The position numbers and the translations under genes were made by a program. A stretch of DNA of 64,000 nucleotides from an uncultured Rheinheimera sp. (GTDB lineage: Bacteria; Pseudomonadota; Gammaproteobacteria; Enterobacterales; Alteromonadaceae). The stretch spans positions 396 to 64,395 of the forward strand of contig CBINNO010000003.1 of the NCBI GenBank assembly GCA_966252055.1, written 5' to 3'. The notes under the pieces were generated by a model. The model had not been told where the DNA came from, ran no database searches, and saw only the letters and a list, made by a program, of their open reading frames with translations. Position 1 is the stretch's first letter; every line of letters starts with the position of its first letter. Positions 18,801 through 26,818 of the stretch are shown here, piece after piece.

Positions 18801-19688
18801 GGCGTGCTGCAGCTGGCCGTCTATCGCGGTTATCGTAACAGTGGCGTAACGGACGAAGACCGCAGCTTTTATGGCACGGCTGGTACTGCGCAGCAGCTGG
18901 TGAGCGGGCAGTATTGGGTTGCGGCGCCGCAAAATGTGTTCAGATTCAGCGCGACGGCTGGTCAGAAAGTCAGTTTTGCGCTGACACCACGTACCAATAT
19001 ATCGGGCTTTAATTTTAAGGTGACTACTGCTATCGATCCCAGCCGGGCATTGATTGATTATCGTGACATCGATGACGGTGAGTCGAAGTCGTTCAGCCTG
19101 ACCGCTGCCGAAACCGGCGATTATCTGGTGTTTGTCGCCGGTGCGCAGGGCAGTTTTATATTGCAGCAAGAAGGGATTCAGGCGCCGTCTTATGCCTTAA
19201 ACACCCAAGCGGCACCGGCAGGCAGTGGTATTGTCACTTGCAGCAGCAACCCGGTCGGACATGGCGCTCAGAGTGAGTGCCAGGCGCAGGCCAACAGTGG
19301 CTATCAGTTCAGTCACTGGAGTGGCGACTGCAGCGGCAGCAGCTGTCTGCTGAGCAATGTCAGAAGGAACAAGCTGGTGCAGGCCAACTTTGCCCGCCTC
19401 TATCGTGCCAATGCGGTCAGTAATAACCAGCAGGGTGGCAGCATTGCGGTCAATACCATCAGCGGGATCGCCGGCAGTAAACTGCGTTTTAAAGTCAATG
19501 CAGCCGAAGGCTTTAAAGTCTCGCAGAATGTGGCGGGGGATTGCCCGGCCGGTCAGTGGATTGATGAGCACACTTATGAAACCGGCGCAATCAGCGCAGA
19601 CTGCGAAGTGAAATTCCTGTTTAATCCTGCCAAAACCAGGACGGGGCTGCCCTGGTGGGTGCTGACAGCCGCGCAACCGGCGAACTGA
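15849..19688 (+). CDS. Repetitive surface/adhesin-like protein: four tandem units of paired PPC-like beta-sandwiches with Ca-binding DxDxDG linkers, two InlB B-repeat-like domains, GLPWWV tail (about 1279 aa)
   Basis: ATG 15849 after AAGGAAGG. Linkers DDDSDGLANSAE, DTDADGLPDVLE, DNDQDGLSNTAE. Recurrent LNTARYL and GVYYL(R/K)V. ANSGYQFSHWSGDC. No catalytic motif seen. Confidence 0.8.
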   Translation: MKPVVSGCCSPAVLFRKFMLGCLLCFCTVFGTVFGSILSASVAWAGDFFNQPTSLSFEQETVVQKATADKFYAVDLVAGHSYSVVVQSQQISGSVAVDIYQPDSNTEVYRSEGYFYNNSYSVIEFTPAVSGRYTLKIRGVAATVRLQILRGFANPGIHDNHRSIYPGLNTARYLKSGAYAFSGRTEYFRFEGRVGDQININLLSLPANGGSARFRLYVPSGDELLTKYDDYLSLNQRAAFNFTAYHNGVYYLRVDRDGAGSFEVGLSGVRADVDDDSDGLANSAEWSRGSAVDKADTNGDGRNDYQQALAGQRGLYPTEWQRADVAGASTLQTAKAVPYFDQPFSVPMDGFDKYVSFELKQGESVALDIRALRGAGSSQAYLYGPGSSPVLIRSLGYLSQASGLSYEFTARLTGTYYLRIGAAFGLADVGIYRGLTSPLRQASLYQQTPLTAAQLQSGRLAHDGRTSYWYFLAKAGDQVSLQVSPLLTASSLTVSLFAPGDSNAFKNLSYLSSQENRSIDFIARQEGVYLMKVTGAAGQLDVILNGVQQAQDTDADGLPDVLEYLRGLDPARPDTNNNGETDAEELAAGRAGLYATEWTAQDVASALNPQVGKLLPYFNQKFSVQFPGQDTYIRLPLVAGQPVAIRVLNHTNVGSVIATVRAPDDNSRVRWSSNLSDNESGVLSVQPATTGIYSLHLSGSAGLVTVLVEQGFSHAERAGAVSAFFGSLNTARYLQNGEYSRGTEDQYFRFEMQAEEQISVALTALMDRGDLTLELWGGIRNAERRLANTYSISDKETQQLVFRAAQTGVYYLKVKGSTGRYLLSVTGLRPDLDNDQDGLSNTAELVSGLDPNRPDTNGNQLGDLLEGLNGLAGLDAVEWQSQSWQSATSRGTALPLPTVNRPLTLHLGLEKRYLKLELQAGEYITVAGRALSTHKDPSVRLYRPDSVNASVGLLYDMYDDEDTVALDYQAALTGTHYLELPAGPGVLQLAVYRGYRNSGVTDEDRSFYGTAGTAQQLVSGQYWVAAPQNVFRFSATAGQKVSFALTPRTNISGFNFKVTTAIDPSRALIDYRDIDDGESKSFSLTAAETGDYLVFVAGAQGSFILQQEGIQAPSYALNTQAAPAGSGIVTCSSNPVGHGAQSECQAQANSGYQFSHWSGDCSGSSCLLSNVRRNKLVQANFARLYRANAVSNNQQGGSIAVNTISGIAGSKLRFKVNAAEGFKVSQNVAGDCPAGQWIDEHTYETGAISADCEVKFLFNPAKTRTGLPWWVLTAAQPAN

Positions 19689-19707
19689 CAAGGTTCTTTT
19701 TCAAAAC

Positions 19708-19740
19708 AAAACCGCGCATCACAAGCGCGGTTTTTTATTT
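19708..19740. terminator. Bidirectional Rho-independent terminator
   Basis: AAAACCGCGC-ATCACAA-GCGCGGTTTT followed by TTATTT, between convergent genes ending at 19688 (+) and 19786 (-). Confidence 0.9.
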
Positions 19741-19785
19741 TTTTGGGCGACGTCTGGCGCTGCGGTTTTCAACTGAGGAACACAA

Positions 19786-22479
19786 CTAGTCTTTTACGGG
19801 CGCCGTGGCTTGTATTGGCTCTGCTTCCTTTGTCGTTGCCTGATCTTTGGAGGGCGCTGTGCTGTGGACAAAGCTGCTTGCCTGCTGTGCCAGCAGCACC
19901 CACCACGGCAGGCCTTTTGATACTGGTTTCAGGCCGGCAGGGTCAATCCAGAACCGGACTTTGATGACCTGAGGGACGCCACCCTGCACTGTCACGGTCA
20001 GAGTCAGTGTCAGCCAGCCACTGACGCCTCTGGCCGGCTGGAAAATAAGCTGGCCGTTGCTGACACTGAGACGGCCGTATTGGCTGTCGCCAGCGTCGGC
20101 AAAACTGGCGGCGGTGAGCACGGCATCGTTGGTCATGCGAAAGCGCAAAGCTGAGTCCGCGCTGCAAAGTTCCGGCAGCGCTATATTTGTGACAGGCAGT
20201 GTAAGGCGTAGTGTTTCCAGCGCCTCGCAACTTAAATGGCTGTTGCCAGTCAGGTCTAACTGATATAGCTGAGTCATTGGATGTAACAGAGACAAGTCCT
20301 GAATGGCAGAATACTGTAGCCCAAGAGACAACAGTTCTTTATTGAGGTTGCTCAGTAAGGTGAAATCGGTCACCCCGCTGCCGATGAGCGAAAAATAGCG
20401 CAGTGTTGGCAATCTGGTCTGGATCTGGTTCAGCGACATGAAGCCGGCGTGGCGGATCTCAAGCTGCCTCAGTTTGTCCAGATGGTGGAGGGGGCTATAG
20501 TCCTGCAGGGCCCGGTTATCTGCTGCAATGAGCAACAGATGCTGCAAATTGCTGGCAGCTGCAATACCTTCCAGGCTGTCCAGCGTTGCTGAATCTATGA
20601 TCAGGCTGGTAAGGCTGGCCGGCTGAGGCAGCAACGCCAGCACTTGTCCGGCATTGCGAATGGCCTGCCCTGATAGTTCTAAACTGCTGATTTGGGCCGG
20701 CAGCCTGACGCCATGCAGCTGCTCCGGGGTAGCGGGTTGCAGTGCCAGAGCAATTGTTTTACTGCCCAGCGTATGCAGCGGTTTGTAGTCAGTAATATGC
20801 GAGTTGCCCAGCAGGCCGATATTTTCAACATTGAGCTGCGAAATATTCGTCAGGTCATTGATTTGATTGTCCGATAACACGACTTGTCGAAGCCAGGGAA
20901 ATGCTGTGGTGATCTGGGCGAAACTGGCTTGTGTCAGCAGATTTCCGGGTAAAATAAGATTTTGCACCACCCTGCCGCTCAAGGCCTGTATCGTCTGATC
21001 TGTCAGCCCTTGTCTGTGCAATGCCAGGAAAGTCAGGTCCTGCAATTGCGCAAACTCTGCCAGGTTAAGCGCCGGACTGGGGGTTTCTTGGTTACCGCTG
21101 ACGAACAGCCGCGTCAGTTTGCTCAGATAGCGGATCCCTTGCCAGTTATGCACGTTGCCCTGACAGGACAGCGCATAGACCGAGTTGAGTCTTTTATAAC
21201 CCTTCTCTGCCAGGCACTGGCGCAGCACGGGGTCTGGTACTGTGGCGGCACTGAGCAGTTTTTGCTCGACACCACAGGTCTGCGGCAGCCTGAAAGCCGC
21301 ATGATTGGGGTGATTGCGAAGTGTTTCAATTTGTGCACAGTCGATCGTCACTTGCTCGCTGAGATCTAATCGCTTCCATTGCGCCGCCATGTTGACGATA
21401 TCACCGATATCCACCACGGTGGCATCCTCATGCCAAAAGGCGGGGATGTACAAATATTTCAGCGTCGCTGGCAGGACAAAATCCGGAAACTTTGTCGGCA
21501 GCAGGGCCCCACTGATATCCAAAGACTCCAGCTTGTTCAAATCTCCCAATATGCTGAAATCGCTGACTTTATTGAGCCCTTTGGCAACTAAATATTTCAG
21601 ATTAGGCAGTAAAGTTAAGGCTTGCAGGTCGGCAATTTCGGTAAAGCTGATGGTCAGCTGTATTAATTCCGTTGGGGCCGGCAATGCATTGATCAGTGTG
21701 CTCAGGTCGCTGATCGGGTTGTTAGGCAGCTCAAGGTACCACAGATTCGCCGGCAGTTTTGCGCCAGTTAACGACGTGATGTTGGCGTTGTCTAGCGTGA
21801 TTGAGATGAGGTTGGGCGGGAAAGTGATGGCCAGTTCGGCCTGGTCGATAAACAAGTCGGTGATGCTCAGGCCCCGAAGATGACTCAGCTGTTCAATCCG
21901 CTTGAGGTTGTAGAGACGCAGGCCGTACTGAGGTGAAGTTTTTAGGAGATAGAGGTACTTCAGGTTAGTCAGATGCTCAATACCGCTCAAATCGACCACG
22001 TTTAAACATGCCAGCGTGGTGATGTTTTCCAGCAATTCAATATTTGTGTTGCTGATGCATTCGCGCAGTTCAGGGTCAGCAAAGTCAACATCTGCCAGCG
22101 TGGTGCTGCTGGTGTGGCCGGGCTGGGCCATTGATTCAGTCAATGGTTCTTGCAGTGCCGGCAAAGGTTTGGCGTGCAGCTCAGTGACATGGCGGTCAAA
22201 TCCGGGCAGGCTGGCGGCAAGGTCCGCATAGAGCCGTGCAGAGGGCCGCCAGTGCGCCATGCTGCGTGAAGCCGCTTTGGCATTTGTTGTCGTCAGGTCA
22301 GCGAAATTGCTGGTTGTGGTATCGACCTGCGCAAAGTAGTCCGGTAAGCCGGGTTGAGACACCGCCTGCCACCAGACCAGCGGCTCAGCCGGAGCATGCC
22401 TGGCAAAGACGGCCATACTGAACAAGCCGGCGCACATGATGCCGGTGAAGATAGCGCTGCGGATAACCCTTTGATTCAT
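19786..22479 (-). CDS. Secreted multi-block internalin-like LRR protein with C-terminal Ig/cadherin-like domain and GLPWWV motif (about 897 aa)
   Basis: Start moved to ATG 22479 (SD CAGGGAG; signal MNQRVIRSAIFTGIMCAGLFSMAVFA). Caps VDFADPELRECI and VPDPVLRQCL; LRRs (LSGIEHLTNLKYLYL). Paralogous to the 1-2913 protein. Confidence 0.9.
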   Translation of the reverse strand: MNQRVIRSAIFTGIMCAGLFSMAVFARHAPAEPLVWWQAVSQPGLPDYFAQVDTTTSNFADLTTTNAKAASRSMAHWRPSARLYADLAASLPGFDRHVTELHAKPLPALQEPLTESMAQPGHTSSTTLADVDFADPELRECISNTNIELLENITTLACLNVVDLSGIEHLTNLKYLYLLKTSPQYGLRLYNLKRIEQLSHLRGLSITDLFIDQAELAITFPPNLISITLDNANITSLTGAKLPANLWYLELPNNPISDLSTLINALPAPTELIQLTISFTEIADLQALTLLPNLKYLVAKGLNKVSDFSILGDLNKLESLDISGALLPTKFPDFVLPATLKYLYIPAFWHEDATVVDIGDIVNMAAQWKRLDLSEQVTIDCAQIETLRNHPNHAAFRLPQTCGVEQKLLSAATVPDPVLRQCLAEKGYKRLNSVYALSCQGNVHNWQGIRYLSKLTRLFVSGNQETPSPALNLAEFAQLQDLTFLALHRQGLTDQTIQALSGRVVQNLILPGNLLTQASFAQITTAFPWLRQVVLSDNQINDLTNISQLNVENIGLLGNSHITDYKPLHTLGSKTIALALQPATPEQLHGVRLPAQISSLELSGQAIRNAGQVLALLPQPASLTSLIIDSATLDSLEGIAAASNLQHLLLIAADNRALQDYSPLHHLDKLRQLEIRHAGFMSLNQIQTRLPTLRYFSLIGSGVTDFTLLSNLNKELLSLGLQYSAIQDLSLLHPMTQLYQLDLTGNSHLSCEALETLRLTLPVTNIALPELCSADSALRFRMTNDAVLTAASFADAGDSQYGRLSVSNGQLIFQPARGVSGWLTLTLTVTVQGGVPQVIKVRFWIDPAGLKPVSKGLPWWVLLAQQASSFVHSTAPSKDQATTKEAEPIQATAPVKD

Positions 22480-22716
22480 CACGCGGTGAACTCCCTGTAC
22501 ATTAGTTTTTGTCCTCAGGTTTTGTCTGCTGGTTGCCCGGATGGCCCTGCTGAAAACACGGGCAGGAACAGGCCCCATGCCCACATTGTTGCTGTTTGAG
22601 AAACGTCCGTCAAAGCTTTTGTCTACTGCCAAAACGACCTTCAAAAAACCTTGCACAACCCCTGAACAAAGCCGCCAGCCGGGTGCATGACGCATCCCGG
22701 CGCCCGTTCAGGCTGC

Positions 22717-25700
22717 TTATTGCTGTGGCTGCGCCATTAACAGCAGTTGCAGCAGTCGGCTGTCTTTTTTGTTCAGCAGGATTTCAACGCTCGATTGCGC
22801 TGTGGCCTGATTGCCGCTGCTGTCGGTGCTGCTGAAATGGACTACTGTCACCCCGGGCAGGAACTTTTCCGGTGCGTCGTGGCTTACCACGACTGAGCTG
22901 TCAAAGTTATCGCTGGCGGTCACGCTGTTTAAAAACTGCTGGATACGCGGGTCTGTGCGGGCAATACCACTGCGGCCCGCTTTCAGCTGCAGCGGTGCCG
23001 GTACCTGGATCACCGGCGCGCTTTGATCGGTCAGATAAATCACCAGACTGGCGGCCGAGGTGTACCCATTTTGGTCGGTCGCTTCGAACAGCAGGATATT
23101 TTTACCGGGTTTGAGCCGGGCCGGCGTATGGACCTGACGAATAGTCAGTGGCTGATTAGCGAAATAGTCATGGGCCTTCAATTGACTTATCAGTTGTTGC
23201 ACCCGGCTGTCGGACAGACTCAGACCGTCTGGCCCTGGCGCAGGCAAAGTCACGGCTGCAGGGACGGTAAATTTAGGGCCGTAGGCGAAATTAACCAGCA
23301 TATAGACAGTACGGCTGGTGCTGTTGCCGGCCTGGTCGGTGGCGCTGAGCGTCAGCAGATGGGCGCCAGCGGCCCAGGGAGACTGATTGCTAAAACTGAC
23401 GTCAATATTGGCTGTCACCAAATCGGCCACGGTAAATTGCTCGATAAACTGATAGAACTCATAACTGTCGCTGGTGATCCCTGCGGTACTGTAGGCCGTT
23501 GCGACTGAGACGTCCGGCCCATTGATCACGGGCGCTGTAGTGTCCTGCACCCGTAACGTCTGATAGGCCACTGCAGTGTTATTGTCAAAATCGGTAGCCC
23601 GCCAATCAATCTGATGATCGCCGACTGCGTAGCTGCCTGTGGCAGTGCTCCAGGCCGGGATGCTGCCATCTTTGGCATCGGTGGCGGTGGGAGCAGTCAG
23701 CACAGCCTTAGTCTGAGGCCCGGTTGCTTCCATAGTGATGATGGGCAATGCCGCAAACACCGGTGCTGTGGTGTCGCCGGACTTACAACGTGAAGGCAGC
23801 TGGAAGCTGCGCAGCGGTATCAAAGCCCGCCAGGTGCGGTATGCGGAATCGCAGTCCAGCTGGCTGGCCTGGCTCAGGTAAACGTATTGCAGCCTGGTCA
23901 GCGTACTGAGTCCGTCGACAGTCAGCGGTACGCTGCTGCCAATCTGCAGATGGGTTAAATTGACCAGCGAGCTCAGTGGATTGAGGTCTGACAGATTGGA
24001 GGTTGTGATAGTCAAATTGGTCAGATTGTTCATTCCGCTCAGCCAGGTGGCCTGTTGCAGGTTGTCAGGGGATTGATAGTGATGACTGATATAAAGAACC
24101 CGCAGGTTGCTCAGTTGTGACAGTGGCTGGTAGCTGGCAATTTTGGTGTACTGGAGTTCGAGTTCCCGCAGGGCCGGCAAAGCAGCCAGCGGAGTCAGGT
24201 CGTTAAGTGTGTAGTTGTATAAGGTCAGCGCTGTCAATTCAGGCAGATTCGCCAGCCAGCTCAACGCAATACTGGCAGTGCCGGACAGCGTGACGTCCTG
24301 CAGTTGACGCAATGATGCCAGCGGGCTGAAATCGCTGATATTTTGACCGGAAAGATACAACCGGCTGATGTTGCTGAACTGTTCAAGGCCGGCTAACGAA
24401 CTGATACTGCCCAGTCCCGCGCAGTTATTGCCATATGAATAGGTACCAAACTCGGTCAGCTGCCCGGCGTAATGCATGGTTGGGTTTGCTGACTTAATCT
24501 GCTGCAGGCATTGTTTTAACACCGGATCTGTTACCTGCAGCAAGGCATCGCTGAAAGTCACCAGATTGCCCGGCTGATATTGACGGGCCAAACCATGCCG
24601 GATGGCATTGATGGCATAAGTTGCATCAGCGCCGTGTTCGTCATGCCGGTCGATACCACAAGGCTGGCCTTTGCATTGTTTGGCCGGGTTGGAGAACTGG
24701 TAGATTTTGCTCGCAGAAAAATAGCTTTCATAGGCCATCACCGTCGCAAAGCTGCGATCGACACCATAACCGCGGGCAAACGGCATGGAATAGCCAGTGT
24801 CGCCCTGGCGTTCTGAGTGTGCCAGCCCCATGTTGTGACCGGCTTCGTGGGCTAATACATAGTCTGAACAGGTGATATGCGTCAGACTGACCATGTAGTT
24901 TTTATTGTAGGAAAAACCACCGTTATTTGGACCGGTGGCGTACCAGCCCAAGCCGCAAATATTCGCGCTGGTCATCGGCGTCAGTAATGCGACCATATCG
25001 GCGCCTGCTTCGTAACGCCATTTATCCAGATCGGCAAAGGCGCCGGTTTTATCGGTCATTTCATCCAGCTGTGCATGACTCTCAGTGGCACTTAACGCAA
25101 CTTCCCGCATGGCGGCCAGCCGCATTTCGACAAAAACACCGCTGTCGCGATAAATCTGATTACTGACACTGACCAGGTGATAGAGCCGGGTTGCGATGTC
25201 GCCATTGTAAATGGCGGCCGCGGCAGGGCTGTACAGCATCAAAAAATCGATAGTGGCGATACTCTCATCGGTCAGCGGTGGATAAGTCTCGCCAGCCTGC
25301 ACTTGCTCATTGGCCTGAGGCTGCTTTTTCAGCTCAGGCGGCACCAATGCATCATCCTGACTAAAATCAAGGTCTTGCTGTAAGGTTGCTTCGGAAAAAA
25401 GTCTGGCTTCGCTATGCATGCCACGCACCACATAAGTGCCGTCGGCACTGACGATACGGGCAAAAAAACCTTTGGGTCCACGGGTGATCACCACCGGATA
25501 CTGTTCGCCATCCTGACGGATGTAACCGCTGAGGCTGACAATCTCTTTGGTATATTGTTTGACCGTAGTTATTTGCACTGCGACAGGGCCGCCGGGCAGG
25601 GCGAGCTGAACAGATTCAGCCGGTTGTACGGCGTCAATGGCGCTCAGGTCGAGGTTCAGTGACAGACCCTGTTGCTGAGCTTGCAGATGCCGCTCTGCCA

Positions 25701-25842
25701 GCGACTGATTGTCTGCACCTGTGCTTTGCTGGCCGAATGATGTGTCCTGCGCCGGTGTGATTTGCCAGAGTGTCTGACTGGCCCAGACACTCTGGCTGAC
25801 GACCGCCAGCCACATTATTGTCCCAGATAAAAATTTCAGCAT
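22717..25842 (-). CDS. Secreted M12B/reprolysin-like zinc metalloprotease fused to LRR block and three HYR-like domains (about 1041 aa)
   Basis: Start moved to ATG 25842 (SD AAAAGGAG; MLKFLSGTIMWLAVVSQSVWA). Pro-region; metzincin HEAGHNMGLAHS with Met-turn FATVMAY; LRR cap VTDPVLKQCL; DTTAPV...ATD repeats. Confidence 0.9.
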   Translation of the reverse strand: MLKFLSGTIMWLAVVSQSVWASQTLWQITPAQDTSFGQQSTGADNQSLAERHLQAQQQGLSLNLDLSAIDAVQPAESVQLALPGGPVAVQITTVKQYTKEIVSLSGYIRQDGEQYPVVITRGPKGFFARIVSADGTYVVRGMHSEARLFSEATLQQDLDFSQDDALVPPELKKQPQANEQVQAGETYPPLTDESIATIDFLMLYSPAAAAIYNGDIATRLYHLVSVSNQIYRDSGVFVEMRLAAMREVALSATESHAQLDEMTDKTGAFADLDKWRYEAGADMVALLTPMTSANICGLGWYATGPNNGGFSYNKNYMVSLTHITCSDYVLAHEAGHNMGLAHSERQGDTGYSMPFARGYGVDRSFATVMAYESYFSASKIYQFSNPAKQCKGQPCGIDRHDEHGADATYAINAIRHGLARQYQPGNLVTFSDALLQVTDPVLKQCLQQIKSANPTMHYAGQLTEFGTYSYGNNCAGLGSISSLAGLEQFSNISRLYLSGQNISDFSPLASLRQLQDVTLSGTASIALSWLANLPELTALTLYNYTLNDLTPLAALPALRELELQYTKIASYQPLSQLSNLRVLYISHHYQSPDNLQQATWLSGMNNLTNLTITTSNLSDLNPLSSLVNLTHLQIGSSVPLTVDGLSTLTRLQYVYLSQASQLDCDSAYRTWRALIPLRSFQLPSRCKSGDTTAPVFAALPIITMEATGPQTKAVLTAPTATDAKDGSIPAWSTATGSYAVGDHQIDWRATDFDNNTAVAYQTLRVQDTTAPVINGPDVSVATAYSTAGITSDSYEFYQFIEQFTVADLVTANIDVSFSNQSPWAAGAHLLTLSATDQAGNSTSRTVYMLVNFAYGPKFTVPAAVTLPAPGPDGLSLSDSRVQQLISQLKAHDYFANQPLTIRQVHTPARLKPGKNILLFEATDQNGYTSAASLVIYLTDQSAPVIQVPAPLQLKAGRSGIARTDPRIQQFLNSVTASDNFDSSVVVSHDAPEKFLPGVTVVHFSSTDSSGNQATAQSSVEILLNKKDSRLLQLLLMAQPQQ

Positions 25843-26156
25843 GATGCAGACTCCTTTTAATATGCCGGAACTGCTGCGCCTGTCAGCGCCGGTTCTGGTG
25901 GGCGAAAGCCCCTCAAACCCACTGGTGCAGCAGAGAAATACAGGCTTATGCTCGCTTATTTGTCTGTTGTTGTCATCTGATAAACAGTGGCCGCCGCGAC
26001 AGCGCAGATTCTGAGTGACAAGCATGGCAAAATCGGCGAGCATTCGCCGGCGTTGCGGGCCGTTTGGCCGCCTTATCTGCCCGGGTTGGGGCAGGCAATG
26101 GTGCTTGGCAGGTGGCCGCAATGGCAGAGCTGACATTGTATGACAGGGAGCTGAGG

Positions 26157-26690
26157 ATGAACGCCAAAACGATAATTGTTGGGATTTTCCTGTTAATGAG
26201 CGGATTCGTGCTGTATTTCTGGACTGCCGGATCACAGCAAGCGCTGGTGGCGCCAGTGCCTGTGTCCACGCCGGCGGCCAGCCCGGTGACTGAATCCTTG
26301 CCGGCAGTGTTACCCGGCGCTGCCGAGCCGTCAGCTGCGCCTGTCAGTGAGGTTGCGGCATTGCCTGACTCCACCGGAGCGCTGTTGTCACCGGACGATG
26401 AACCGCTGCAGCAAGACAGTGGTCCGGAAATTAATATAGGCCCGTTGATTGATCCGGAACACGATGATCCGAATTTGGGGTTGCCTCCATCTGAACCCAA
26501 AGAAATTGGCGAGTTGCTCGACCCGGAAACTTATATTCCGCCGGCACCGGCCAACGAAAAAGAAATCAATATTGGTCCGCTGTTGCCGCCACCCGGTGAA
26601 GACAGCGACCCCTGGCCTGAAGCCGCGCCGGAACAACCAAAAGAAATTGGCAAACCGATCGATGCCGGAGCTGAAGTGGAGCAACTTTAG
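26157..26690 (+). CDS. Membrane-anchored Pro/acidic low-complexity protein with IG-x-(I/L)-DP repeats (177 aa)
   Basis: ATG 26157 after GAGG; N-terminal hydrophobic anchor IIVGIFLLMSGFVLYFW; repeats EINIGPLIDPE, PKEIGELLDPE, EINIGPLLPPP, PKEIGKPIDA. Confidence 0.8.
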   Translation: MNAKTIIVGIFLLMSGFVLYFWTAGSQQALVAPVPVSTPAASPVTESLPAVLPGAAEPSAAPVSEVAALPDSTGALLSPDDEPLQQDSGPEINIGPLIDPEHDDPNLGLPPSEPKEIGELLDPETYIPPAPANEKEINIGPLLPPPGEDSDPWPEAAPEQPKEIGKPIDAGAEVEQL

Positions 26691-26818
26691 CTCTGAGTTC
26701 TGCGCCAGTGCAGCTGTCCTCAGCAACAGAACGGCCTGATTTGTATTCGGCCTTGCCCTTGACTACGCTTGCCTGACACGAGCGGGCGGAAAAAAGCACT
26801 GTGGTCGGCGGAGGGGTT

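Noticed and set aside
15849-19688. RTX-type repeats suggesting type I secretion
   Set aside because: The Asp-rich motifs are DxDxDG (TSP3-like), not GGxGxDxLx nonapeptides, and the protein appears to have an N-terminal signal.
22480-22716. TTGCACAA sequence upstream of the second LRR gene
   Set aside because: It points away from the gene and has no TGTCGC repeat pair.
25996-26030. Possible fourth operator upstream of the protease (minus strand TGTCAC...TGTCGC)
   Set aside because: Half-sites are 19 nt apart rather than 21, and there is no -10-like hexamer at the expected distance.
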